Of a stretch of DNA of 64,000 bases, positions 36,610 through 46,147 are shown in pieces. Position 1 is the first letter of the stretch. Each line of letters begins with the position of its first letter. The notes under the pieces are model-generated. The model did no database searches. It was not told the origin of the DNA and was given only the letters and a program-made list of their open reading frames with translations. The position numbers and the translations under genes are program-made. This stretch comes from a virus (Duplodnaviria; Caudoviricetes), in the IMG/VR virus record IMGVR_UViG_3300028888_000074, positions 1 to 64,000 of that record. One strand, 5' to 3'.

Positions 36610-38003
36610 TTCTAGCAAGAAGTCTCCCTCCTTTAGGCGGGGGTTGAATTGCTCTTTGTTATTTTATGGTTATTATACACTTTTTTTTGGAAAAACCAAA
36701 TACCTTTTGTAATACACCAAACTATTTATACATACATGTTAAAAGCGTTCAAATACAGACTGTTGCCAGATACCGAACAGGCCGAGTACATCAAACGTAC
36801 CATCGGCTCGGCCAGGTTTGTCTACAACTGGCTGTTGAATGACTACAAGGAACAGCTTGACATTTATAACCAGAATAACAAGCAAGGAAACAAACCAATA
36901 ATCAAGGAAGTCACTGAAGCCAAAAAGGACAATTATTTCCTGTCTGGCGTGGATTCATTGGCCTTGGCCAATGCCAAGCTCAACCTGAACACGGCATTGA
37001 GGAACTTCTTCGACTCACGGAATGGAAAAAGAAAGGGCAGGAAAATCGGGTTCCCGAAACCACACAAGAAAACGAAATGCAGATGGAGTTACACAACGAA
37101 CAACCAGGGAGGAAACATAAGGGTTGAAAACGGGCACATCTGTCTACCGAAAATAAAGTGGGTCAAACTAATACAGCACAGGGAACTGGAAGGAGTGATA
37201 CGAAGCGCAACCGTTTCCATGGAACGGAACGGCGATTTCTATGTCTCGGTTCTCTGCAACGTGGAACAAGCAAAGAAACAAAGACAAAAACCAGATACAA
37301 TCAAGGTCGTCGGCCTTGATATGTCATACACCGAATTCGTTGTCGATTCCGACACGTTGTCTGACGATACGAAACCCAAGTACGTCAGGCAATACAGGAG
37401 TAATGAGAAGAAACGGTCAAGGCTTAACCGAGCCATGTCAAGAAAGGCAATCGGTTCCAGGAACAGGGACAAAGCCAGAGTCAGGCTTGCAAAGCTTGAC
37501 AGGCACATTGCAAACTGCCGAACTGATTTCGCCCACAAGATGAGCAGGCACTATGCTGAGAACTATGACGTTATTGTAATAGAAGACATAGACATGCAGT
37601 CGCAAGCCAGGAAAAAGATGAGGGGACACGGAAAGTCAGCCAACGACTTGGGCTGGGGACAGTTCAAGTCTTACCTGAAATACAAATGCGAGATATATGG
37701 GTCGCTTTTTGTTGTTGCGGACAAATGGTTTGCAAGTTCGAAGACATGTAACCTTTGCGGAACGGTCAACCACGGATTGACGTTGTCCGACAGGGAGTGG
37801 ACATGTCCAGAATGCGGAGCAACACTACATCGTGACTACAATGCGGCATGTAACCTCAGGGACTGGTATTTTGAAAGATATAATACCGTAGGGACTACGG
37901 GAATTCACGCTTGTGGAGATTCAGCCGATACAGCAGGGGGAACCCTGCTGCAAGCTGGGTCGTTGAAACAAGAAGCACCTTCCTTCAGGGAGGGGTAGTT
38001 CAC
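36610..38003 (+). mobile_element. IS200/IS605-family TnpB-only element C (left end approximate)
   Basis: Left hairpin at 36614-36653; right hairpin followed by TTCAC. Confidence 0.75.
36736..37998 (+). CDS. tnpB: RNA-guided endonuclease TnpB
   Basis: MLKAFKYRL start; GLD, IEDI, HRDYNAA; Zn finger CNLC/CPEC. Confidence 0.9.
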   Translation: MLKAFKYRLLPDTEQAEYIKRTIGSARFVYNWLLNDYKEQLDIYNQNNKQGNKPIIKEVTEAKKDNYFLSGVDSLALANAKLNLNTALRNFFDSRNGKRKGRKIGFPKPHKKTKCRWSYTTNNQGGNIRVENGHICLPKIKWVKLIQHRELEGVIRSATVSMERNGDFYVSVLCNVEQAKKQRQKPDTIKVVGLDMSYTEFVVDSDTLSDDTKPKYVRQYRSNEKKRSRLNRAMSRKAIGSRNRDKARVRLAKLDRHIANCRTDFAHKMSRHYAENYDVIVIEDIDMQSQARKKMRGHGKSANDLGWGQFKSYLKYKCEIYGSLFVVADKWFASSKTCNLCGTVNHGLTLSDREWTCPECGATLHRDYNAACNLRDWYFERYNTVGTTGIHACGDSADTAGGTLLQAGSLKQEAPSFREG

Positions 38004-38039
38004 ATTAACAATACTATTATACAATAATATTTTTTAATT

Positions 38040-39236
38040 TCAAACTTTTAATTTCAATTGCATTCTAGCCATGTTTATCTCTGTGGAATCACCCATATGC
38101 TTTCCAGCATCGTCAGAAATCTTGATGCAATTTTCCCAATCTGAATTTCTATCAAGACGGCACCCTTTTAATTTCATAACAATGTTAGCTGGACTCCAAG
38201 ATACACCCGTATCATTTGTTAAGTTAGTACCTATACCGAAACTTACATTACATCTACCTTTAAACTCATCATTAATACGTTTTGCCTTATCAAAGTCAAG
38301 AGAATTACTGAAAACAATAAGTTTTGATTTAGGGTCAATTCCGAACGACCTAATCTTATTCAATATCTTAATACCAACTTCAATTTCATCACCGCTATCC
38401 TGTCTGAACCCAGACAATAGATGAGCTTGTTTTTTAGTCAGTGTGTTGAGAAACGAATCTGTTGTATATGTATCAACTAATGCGGTTCCAAGGTCACCTT
38501 GATATACATCAATCCAATCTTCAAGACTGAGATAGTTTGCACGTTTATAACCAAATGTAGCTCCATGAAACATAACCCATTCGTGAGGGAACGTCCCAAT
38601 AGGCTTCATATTGTATTTCATAGCGAAGTAAACATTTGATGTTCCAGCACATGTTTTAGACTCACTCTTGATTTGTTTAATAACAAATTCCTGTACATCA
38701 GCACTATATCTTCTTCTTGTTCCAAATTCACTGAAAACGATATTGTTTTTATTTGCTAACATAAGTTTATCGTGTAGATTGTTACAAATAGTGAAGATAC
38801 TTGGTTCCTCATTTAATGATTCCTCTTTTAGTTTGTTTCTAATTTCAGAATAAATTGATAAAACCATAATTTCATAAAGCGTAACTTTATACAGTTTATC
38901 AATTGCCTTGCAATGAAATACATTGTCTTCATCAAACCAAAAATCCATTTTGTCAGGATTAAATCTAAATGTTGACAACCATTCCCAATATGTTGCTGGA
39001 ATATATGGAATATTTTTTATACACCAGCACATTTCATCATCAGTTAATGAAAGTTGCTTTACTTCATTGATTTGTTCATTAAACATTTCAATAAATTTAT
39101 CCTTCAATTCTGGTTCCCAAGACTCTTCACGTCTGTCGGTAAATTCAAATATACCCTGTGCATTCGGGTATAGTTTAAAATAAGCATAGCTTGTGCTAAA
39201 TTTATAAAGGTCTGTGTCTAAAATACTTTTAACCAT
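38040..39236 (-). CDS. pncB: Nicotinate phosphoribosyltransferase
   Basis: SILDTDLYK, EFGTRRR, GTSN, GTFPHEW, RQDSGD, FGIGTNLTND, KISDD. Confidence 0.92.
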   Translation of the reverse strand: MVKSILDTDLYKFSTSYAYFKLYPNAQGIFEFTDRREESWEPELKDKFIEMFNEQINEVKQLSLTDDEMCWCIKNIPYIPATYWEWLSTFRFNPDKMDFWFDEDNVFHCKAIDKLYKVTLYEIMVLSIYSEIRNKLKEESLNEEPSIFTICNNLHDKLMLANKNNIVFSEFGTRRRYSADVQEFVIKQIKSESKTCAGTSNVYFAMKYNMKPIGTFPHEWVMFHGATFGYKRANYLSLEDWIDVYQGDLGTALVDTYTTDSFLNTLTKKQAHLLSGFRQDSGDEIEVGIKILNKIRSFGIDPKSKLIVFSNSLDFDKAKRINDEFKGRCNVSFGIGTNLTNDTGVSWSPANIVMKLKGCRLDRNSDWENCIKISDDAGKHMGDSTEINMARMQLKLKV

Positions 39237-39309
39237 TTTCTTATGAATTAAGTTTTAATAATCTAAGTCTTGCATGATTGTTTTTCAATTCATCAAAATC
39301 TTTTACGAT

Positions 39310-40694
39310 TAACGTGCAAGAAAGCCCACTGCTTTAGCTGTGGGATGAATTGCACTCTATTATAATATACATTTTTTTTGAAAAAACCAAAACTTTTTCA
39401 AAAAACACACTATTTATAAGTACATGATACAGTACAGGACATATACAATCAGGCTGTTTCCGAACATGGAGCAGGAACAGGAACTCAAAAACCTGTCCCT
39501 TGCAAGGAACATTTTGTATAACATGCTTGTCGGAATCGAACAGAAAACCTATGAGGAGACAAGGAAAATAAAAACCGAGTTCGACCTAGACAGGGATATC
39601 ACTGTATTGCGAAAAGAACACCCGTTCCTGACCAAACTCAACTCCAAGGCGAGCCAGAGAGTCGCCAAGGAGGTGTATTCAGCATACAAATCGTTCTTCA
39701 GCCTTGTCAAAAAGGACAAGACGGCGAAACCGCCTAAGCAAATGAAAGACGTGAATAGGTTCCATACAGTGGCATACAACCAGACTGGCTGGAAGTTTAT
39801 CAGCGAGAACACATTAAAGTTGAACGGTTTAATCGTGAACTACAAGGGAATCCCTGGCATGGATTACAAGTCCATGGCGGTTAAGGAAGTCAAACTGAAA
39901 CGTGTGAATGGAAAGTATCTGCTGGACTTGAGTGTGGCAAACAGTGTGGAGGAAAAACAAACAATAACCAATGAAAACAAGGTGCTTGCGATAGACCTCG
40001 GCCTAAAGAACCTTTGCAACGGCGTGGACAACCTCGGCTCTGTTGTAGTGTTACCAAACAAAGCCAGGAAAATAAACAGGTACTTCAGGAAACAGATATC
40101 GGCTGTACAGTCGAAGATGGACAGGTGCATCAAGGGCAGCAGCCGACACTGCAAGCTCAAAAAAACGAAAAGGAAACTCTATAACAGGAGGAATGCACAG
40201 ATAAAACAGACTCTGCATATCCAGAGTAAAAAACTGGTGGATATGAACTACAAGACGATTGTAGTTGGTGACTTGAGTGTGAAGAAGCTGATGGATAAGG
40301 GGAGCAACAAGCTGACCAAGACTTCCAGAAGCTTCGGCGAATCATCGATAGCCACATTCATGGAATACCTTGCATACAAGTGCCAGAACAGCAACACCGA
40401 GCTGGTGACAATCAACGAGATGTGGACAACACAGCAGAACTGTCTGACTGGCAAGCTGTTCAAGGAGAAGGTCGGACTGTCCGACAGGACTGTCATGCTT
40501 TCGGATTCCATAGAGATAGACCGTGATTTGAACGCCGCAATCAACATAATGAAGCGGTACGAGCAGAATCACCTTGCGCTGCTGACAGCGCCGCTGGATG
40601 TTTCCAGTGTGGTCAACAGGCACAACCTGTTGACAGATACGTGTTCTTGAAACAGGTCAAGAACCCCACGGTTTTAACCGTGTGAGTATGTCAG
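39310..40694 (+). mobile_element. IS200/IS605-family TnpB-only element D, inserted in the 3' end of pncA
   Basis: End hairpins; removing 39310-40694 restores an in-frame pncA tail. Confidence 0.8.
39424..40650 (+). CDS. tnpB: TnpB-family protein (rearranged RuvC-II type)
   Basis: AIDLG, VVGDL, INEMWTT, DRDLNAA. Confidence 0.85.
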   Translation: MIQYRTYTIRLFPNMEQEQELKNLSLARNILYNMLVGIEQKTYEETRKIKTEFDLDRDITVLRKEHPFLTKLNSKASQRVAKEVYSAYKSFFSLVKKDKTAKPPKQMKDVNRFHTVAYNQTGWKFISENTLKLNGLIVNYKGIPGMDYKSMAVKEVKLKRVNGKYLLDLSVANSVEEKQTITNENKVLAIDLGLKNLCNGVDNLGSVVVLPNKARKINRYFRKQISAVQSKMDRCIKGSSRHCKLKKTKRKLYNRRNAQIKQTLHIQSKKLVDMNYKTIVVGDLSVKKLMDKGSNKLTKTSRSFGESSIATFMEYLAYKCQNSNTELVTINEMWTTQQNCLTGKLFKEKVGLSDRTVMLSDSIEIDRDLNAAINIMKRYEQNHLALLTAPLDVSSVVNRHNLLTDTCS

Positions 40695-41225
40695 AATGTT
40701 TATTTGGCACGATTCCATAATATGTATAGCATGCTCATGGTTTTCTTGTGTGGTCCCAGCACAACATGGTTCAATTAAGTAGATTTCAGTTTCTGGAAAC
40801 ATACTTGACAATTGAAAAGCAGTGCTTACGACACAAATATCTGTACATACACCACAAATGAATATTTTATCGCTGCTAGCATCAAAATCCCAGAATTTAT
40901 CATAAAGTTGTTTCTGTCCAGGGGCGAATGAATATTTTTCAATAAAATCAACATTTGGTTGTGAATATAAACTGTCGTAAATAGGCTTCACCAACTTGTG
41001 CCCATTTGTGTTTTGTATACAATGTGGTACTGGCAAGTGTCTACCTTCTTTTGTTGTAGTGTACTTGTCATTGTGAGTGTCAAGAGTACATATCACTTTG
41101 TCAAAACAAAAATTTTCAAGCAAACTTACATTTTCATCAATAACTTTTTGAAAATCTGGAACAGAAAGACAACCACCAAGAAAGTCGTTCTGCATGTCAA
41201 CTAATACAAGATAATCTTTATTCAT
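40674..41225 (-). CDS. pncA: Nicotinamidase / isochorismatase-family cysteine hydrolase
   Basis: LVDMQNDF, DTH, PHC, K.SF, CGVCTDICV; adjacent to pncB once the IS is removed. Confidence 0.82.
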   Translation of the reverse strand: MNKDYLVLVDMQNDFLGGCLSVPDFQKVIDENVSLLENFCFDKVICTLDTHNDKYTTTKEGRHLPVPHCIQNTNGHKLVKPIYDSLYSQPNVDFIEKYSFAPGQKQLYDKFWDFDASSDKIFICGVCTDICVVSTAFQLSSMFPETEIYLIEPCCAGTTQENHEHAIHIMESCQINILTYSHG

Positions 41226-41232
41226 AATAATT

Positions 41233-42210
41233 TTAATTTAAGTTTTCCATACTTAATAATGCGTTTCCGCAAGTAATTCTATCCTGGTCCTCTTCAAGTG
41301 AAGGGATGAACACAATAACTTCCCATCCTTCATCGAGCAAAGGTTGTTCAAATTGTCTATAAACATCGTATTTGTAATACCCTTCTGGTGTGTTGATTCC
41401 GTTTGCATTGGCTTCGTTAGTCTCATGAATGGGTGTTATCTTTACGATGAATTTTTCCTTGTCGAACAATCTTGTTAGTTCCTTCGGGTCAAGGATGGTT
41501 TTGTCGGTGACTGGGAAATTTAACGTGTACTTTCTTCCTTTTGGCATTGGAAGTGTTTTTGATATTTCAGAGATTTCCTCCAAAGACAATGACCGTCCTC
41601 TGAACAATTCATTTCTTTGCTTTTCATCTGTGCTGTTTATTGATAATTGTAAACCAGCTTCTCCATCATAGTCTTCGTTTTTGATTTTGCAGAATTCGTT
41701 AAGTATTTCACCCATTCTAACTAATCCAAGATTTTTTGGCATCATGGTTGTGAAAACTGGGTGAATTGTGTCCGCTTTCATTTTTTGATTTACCAAATTA
41801 TGCAAGTCGTATTTCAAGAAATCAAAAACATTTTTTGTATTTAATGACGGTTCCCCCATACGTGCAAGGTGAAGATTAAATCTCTTTGTATATTTGCATT
41901 TACTAAAGTCAATGGCGTTTGACACTTCTTCGTTTAATTCGTCACGAGAAACATTACCGCCAAATCTAACCTTGGGACAATCACAAAACATGCAATTCAT
42001 GGAACATCCCTTTTGGGTTGAAATAGTAACAACCATCTTGTCAGACAGGTCAACTTCGTGATGCGGAACGCTGTTAATCTCTTTCTTGTAGCCAAGAAAA
42101 TCTGCCTTGATGTTGTTCTCTTTTCCATAATCACCTACATATAGGTATTCCATTTTCTTTTCGGTGTCACAATAAATGGCACCAGTTCTTGTTTTAAATT
42201 CTTTAATCAT
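41233..42210 (-). CDS. Radical SAM protein, RlmN/Cfr-like
   Basis: ISTQKGCSMNCMFC, MGEP, C-terminal TCG. Confidence 0.8.
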   Translation of the reverse strand: MIKEFKTRTGAIYCDTEKKMEYLYVGDYGKENNIKADFLGYKKEINSVPHHEVDLSDKMVVTISTQKGCSMNCMFCDCPKVRFGGNVSRDELNEEVSNAIDFSKCKYTKRFNLHLARMGEPSLNTKNVFDFLKYDLHNLVNQKMKADTIHPVFTTMMPKNLGLVRMGEILNEFCKIKNEDYDGEAGLQLSINSTDEKQRNELFRGRSLSLEEISEISKTLPMPKGRKYTLNFPVTDKTILDPKELTRLFDKEKFIVKITPIHETNEANANGINTPEGYYKYDVYRQFEQPLLDEGWEVIVFIPSLEEDQDRITCGNALLSMENLN

Positions 42211-42213
42211 AAT

Positions 42214-42585
42214 TTATATTATATCAACTGAAATTATATTTAATTTTTCATTATCAAAATAAGTTCTTACACCAAATGTTGGATTAATGCCATAATTCAA
42301 CATTTCTTGTAATATCTTTCCGTTCGGAGTGTTTAAGACTTCAACTTCACAAGATATATTATCGTTATTCAATTTCAATGAATTAATATCAACTTGATGT
42401 GATGCTTCTGAAATTGAAGTGTGTAATGCATAATCAGAAGGATTCATTTGGCCATAAATTATACTTGAACCATTATTATTCTTTATGTAGTTATCTATGG
42501 CATTTTTTATCGACTTTTCATCATATTTTCTACCATTTGATTGGTCAACATCAAATAATATTACATTAACTGTTAATTTTTCCAT
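42214..42585 (-). CDS. Prohead core protease (T4 gp21)-like protein, probably degenerate
   Basis: NGRKY, ASH, VLNTPNGKIL motifs. Confidence 0.55.
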   Translation of the reverse strand: MEKLTVNVILFDVDQSNGRKYDEKSIKNAIDNYIKNNNGSSIIYGQMNPSDYALHTSISEASHQVDINSLKLNNDNISCEVEVLNTPNGKILQEMLNYGINPTFGVRTYFDNEKLNIISVDII

Positions 42586-42832
42586 ATTGTTTTTCTCTTT
42601 GTTTGTTAATTTCTTTCCACCACTTTTCACTATATTGGTAGTCATAACTGTACAAACCTAAACCAACAAGTACTATAGTTGGAATAAGTATTGCTAATGC
42701 TATCCAAAATAATGGAGTGCAATAAGAATACAATTGAACCATTCCACAAATTAAGCACACGCCAAGAGCAATAAGTAAAATTGCGGTAAAAACGTTAGCT
42801 AATAATTCACAAATTCTTTCAATTTTAGTCAT
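42566..42832 (-). CDS. membrane protein
   Basis: Two TM segments. Confidence 0.65.
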   Translation of the reverse strand: MTKIERICELLANVFTAILLIALGVCLICGMVQLYSYCTPLFWIALAILIPTIVLVGLGLYSYDYQYSEKWWKEINKQREKQYGKINS

Positions 42833-43736
42833 AAATCTCAAATTTAAGTCCTGTTTTGTTTTGAATATAATCTTTAATTGTAATTTCTTTTAATAAGTCC
42901 AAATCGAATACTGGATATTCACCACGAAGTTCGTTACCATAACATACTAACGGATTGTGAGTCACGCATATTACAGTACCGTTGAATACCATACATAAAT
43001 TTCTCAGAAGGTGGTCAAACTTGAATAAGTTCTCAAGGTCAAGCCCCTCATCAATTTCATCGATAAGAATCAATGACGCTGAATCAGTAAGAAGTTTATA
43101 ATTTTTATGGTCTTCAAATGTGAAATTCAACACATTCTGCATTTTAGTGAACAAATTGCCAAGCATGTGTTGTGTTTTTTGTCCTTTTGAACTGTTTGTG
43201 GCATTTAATCCACCACCATTGATAAAGCCAAATGCTGTTGCAGCATTAATAAAGTTGCAAGGGTCATCCTCAATTGCGTCAAGAGAAAAAACGTGAGTGA
43301 ACTTATCATCAATTCCATCTATGGTAATTGGAGCGCCTTTCAACATTTGAATGTTTTGGCTTGTCATACCGTCAAGTTCTTTTTTGTTAATCTCAAACAA
43401 AGAATCTTTATTTGCTCTAATGGTTTGGAGGATTGTCGATTTTCCAGAACCGTTTGAACCGACAATGTAATTAACATCGCCAAGTCTTATTGGAATGTCG
43501 AACTCAGAATTATTGAAACAACGGAACCCACCGTCAACCTTTACATGAAACTTTGTGTTTATTGTTTGGATGATTTCATTCATCGTCATTAACAAATCAC
43601 ACCTTTTGGCTTCAATTATACCCAATTCTTTATCATCACGATTGTGACTGGCACAATACATATCTATTTCTAAACCTTTCAGATTTTCCGTAAGAGTTTT
43701 AAGGGTTTTTCTGTCTGTATAATAATTTCTCACCAT
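42825..43736 (-). CDS. ABC-type P-loop ATPase
   Basis: Walker A GSNGSGKS, signature SKGQ, Walker B LILIDE, H-loop VTH. Confidence 0.85.
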   Translation of the reverse strand: MVRNYYTDRKTLKTLTENLKGLEIDMYCASHNRDDKELGIIEAKRCDLLMTMNEIIQTINTKFHVKVDGGFRCFNNSEFDIPIRLGDVNYIVGSNGSGKSTILQTIRANKDSLFEINKKELDGMTSQNIQMLKGAPITIDGIDDKFTHVFSLDAIEDDPCNFINAATAFGFINGGGLNATNSSKGQKTQHMLGNLFTKMQNVLNFTFEDHKNYKLLTDSASLILIDEIDEGLDLENLFKFDHLLRNLCMVFNGTVICVTHNPLVCYGNELRGEYPVFDLDLLKEITIKDYIQNKTGLKFEIYD

Positions 43737-43853
43737 GTTAACTGTTTTTCATTATATTATTTTGATTTGTAAGACTATGATACCAAAATTTTCAATCAAA
43801 AACAAATTTGGTTTTTAGAATTGTTAATTGTATAATCATAAAAAAATTAAATA

Positions 43854-44909
43854 ATGAATGATAAAGAAAAATTAGATTACCTTAACAAAGAACTTGGAAC
43901 CGATTACCAATCATTTGACAAGGTTGATTGGGCTTATGTCTCATATCAGTATAAACTATCCGAGGACTTCATCCGTGAGTTTCAAGATATAGTTGACTGG
44001 CCTCAAATTTCAGTATACCAGAAGCTGTCTGAGGACTTTATGCGTGAGTTTAAGTATAGGATTAATTGGTTTGCTGTGTCAATATACCAAAATCTGTCGG
44101 AAGGCTTCATGCGTGAGTTTAAGGATGAGTTTGATTGGTCTAACATTTCAATATATCAAAGACTTTCCGAGGGACTCATACGTGACTTTAAGGATGAGGT
44201 TAATTGGTCTAGAATTTCAAAATATCAGAAGCTATCGGAGGGTTTCATACGTGAATTTAAAGATAATATTGATTGGTATTTAATTTCAATAAATCAGAAG
44301 CTTTCAGAAGACTTCATTAGAGAGTTTCATGACAGAGTCAAATGGTCTAACATTTCAATATACCAGAAATTATCAGAGGACTTCATCCGCGAGTTCAAGG
44401 ACATGGTGAATTGGGGTTGTATTTCAAAATACCAGAAACTGTCAGAGAATTTCATCAGAGAGTTTAGTGACATGGTTGACTGGTCTCAAATTGCAGCGCA
44501 TCAGAAACTTTCTGATAGTTTTATTTGTGAGTTCGGTAATAAAATCAGCCAAAATTTGATAAATAACAACTGGGCATACAAGGACGCTGAGTTTTTGAAA
44601 GCACAAGTGGAGAAAACTGGCTTGTACGAATGCCACGACGATTACTTCATTGCGTATAAGGGAATCCGTTCGGACAGGTACTCAAAGTATAACTTCCAAT
44701 ACCAATACCTTCCTGTTGAGACATACGAATCGTTCTGTGACTGTTCGCCAAGCGAACACTCATTCGGCTTGTCCGTGTGGACAGAAGGAAAGGCGAAAGA
44801 ATATAGTGACGAGTTTGTCGTGAAGGTAAAAGTTAAATACGAAGATGTTGGCCGTGTCGTGCATGACGGAGGCAAGATAAGATGCAGGAGAATAACAATA
44901 CTTGATTAA
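43854..44909 (+). CDS. Tryptophan-repeat protein (about 9 x 24-aa repeats DW..IS.YQKLSE.FIREF)
   Basis: 72-bp period repeat visible in DNA and protein. Confidence 0.85.
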   Translation: MNDKEKLDYLNKELGTDYQSFDKVDWAYVSYQYKLSEDFIREFQDIVDWPQISVYQKLSEDFMREFKYRINWFAVSIYQNLSEGFMREFKDEFDWSNISIYQRLSEGLIRDFKDEVNWSRISKYQKLSEGFIREFKDNIDWYLISINQKLSEDFIREFHDRVKWSNISIYQKLSEDFIREFKDMVNWGCISKYQKLSENFIREFSDMVDWSQIAAHQKLSDSFICEFGNKISQNLINNNWAYKDAEFLKAQVEKTGLYECHDDYFIAYKGIRSDRYSKYNFQYQYLPVETYESFCDCSPSEHSFGLSVWTEGKAKEYSDEFVVKVKVKYEDVGRVVHDGGKIRCRRITILD

Positions 44910-44910
44910 A

Positions 44911-45114
44911 ATGAGAGAGCCGAAGGAAAAAGCCAAAAGGTTGTCAAAAGGACATTATGAGTATCGTGGTTATAAAATTGTGTGTGTCGGATACTACAAC
45001 CCAGAGCACAAAGTTTGCTGGGAATGTGTTGACGAAAACGGATGCGGTTTCGGACATGACTATTCATTGAAAGCGTGTAAGAGATGGATAGATATCGAGA
45101 TTGACGGTGAATAA
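44911..45114 (+). CDS. hypothetical protein
   Basis: ORF in operon. Confidence 0.62.
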   Translation: MREPKEKAKRLSKGHYEYRGYKIVCVGYYNPEHKVCWECVDENGCGFGHDYSLKACKRWIDIEIDGE

Positions 45115-45189
45115 CAATATTATACATTTTGAATTTAAATTTTTTATTTGTATAATCAATTTAGTTTGAAATTAAAAAAAATAAAAATT

Positions 45190-45501
45190 ATGACAAATTT
45201 GGAAATACTGTTTTTAAGTTATGTGATTATCACTGTTTTATCTTTGTTTGTTGTAATATACAATTACTTGACAAAGTACGAAATCGAGAATCAAAGGGTA
45301 TATACAAGAATTGGGTTTGTTTTCAGACTTTTAGTTTCATTTTTGCCAGGCATGAATTTTGTTGGGTTGTTTATGAACATTTTTGAACCGATGGCCAGTA
45401 TATTTCAGTGGAAGGACATAAAGACTCAAGAATTATGCAGACGCGCAAAATTATGGGAAAATTTAAATTCATATTCAAAAATTAAGCAAAACAAGTGGTA
45501 A
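45190..45501 (+). CDS. membrane protein
   Basis: Two TM segments; GTATAAT upstream. Confidence 0.65.
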   Translation: MTNLEILFLSYVIITVLSLFVVIYNYLTKYEIENQRVYTRIGFVFRLLVSFLPGMNFVGLFMNIFEPMASIFQWKDIKTQELCRRAKLWENLNSYSKIKQNKW

Positions 45502-45815
45502 TGGAAAAAAATCTTGCAGAAGAATTTAGGAAAATCATTGACAATATGTCAGATGAAGAACTTAATCAGAAACTCAAAGAACTTGAACCTTTACATAATG
45601 TTGGTTTAAAAGCAGATGACTATTTGGCATTTTTAGAAGAAAAACAAAAGAATAAACGCATCACAACCAAGTGTGGATACTGCTTGACTGTTTTTGAATA
45701 TGATACTTCTGAATTAGAAGAAGAGGAAGACCGCGACATGAGAGGATATCATTATTACTATTATATTAAATGTCCAATTTGTGGAAATAGAATTTTAGTA
45801 AACGCATTGATGTAA
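45501..45815 (+). CDS. Zn-ribbon protein
   Basis: CGYC...CPIC. Confidence 0.68.
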   Translation: MEKNLAEEFRKIIDNMSDEELNQKLKELEPLHNVGLKADDYLAFLEEKQKNKRITTKCGYCLTVFEYDTSELEEEEDRDMRGYHYYYYIKCPICGNRILVNALM

Positions 45816-45892
45816 TGAAAATATTATAAAACATAATAGTTATGATACCAAAAATTAACAAATATTATTCAAAAATCACAAGATAAGATAAT

Positions 45893-46144
45893 ATGGAAAA
45901 ATTCAAACATCTTTATAATTTTGGAGATATTGTAAAAATACAAACAGCCAAAAAAACAATCCGAATCGGTGTGATTGTCGGTATGGTTTTTTCAGGTGTA
46001 GTTTTTTCAAATTCAGACGACAACGATGCTTCGGTAATCTATCAATGCCATTCATATGATAAAGAAAGTGTAGAAATTCCATTTTATTTTAAGGATGTGG
46101 ATGAAAATAAAATAATCGAAAAGTTAGGTAGCATAATAGAATAA
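45893..46144 (+). CDS. hypothetical protein
   Basis: ORF in operon. Confidence 0.62.
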   Translation: MEKFKHLYNFGDIVKIQTAKKTIRIGVIVGMVFSGVVFSNSDDNDASVIYQCHSYDKESVEIPFYFKDVDENKIIEKLGSIIE

Positions 46145-46147
46145 CTA

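Noticed and set aside
39310-40694. IStron (self-splicing intron plus TnpB) explaining intragenic insertions D and B
   Set aside because: The elements are antisense to the interrupted genes and have too little non-coding sequence for a group I intron.
43854-44560. Diversity-generating retroelement TR/VR pair
   Set aside because: These are in-frame tandem protein repeats, differences are not adenine-specific, and no reverse transcriptase is present.
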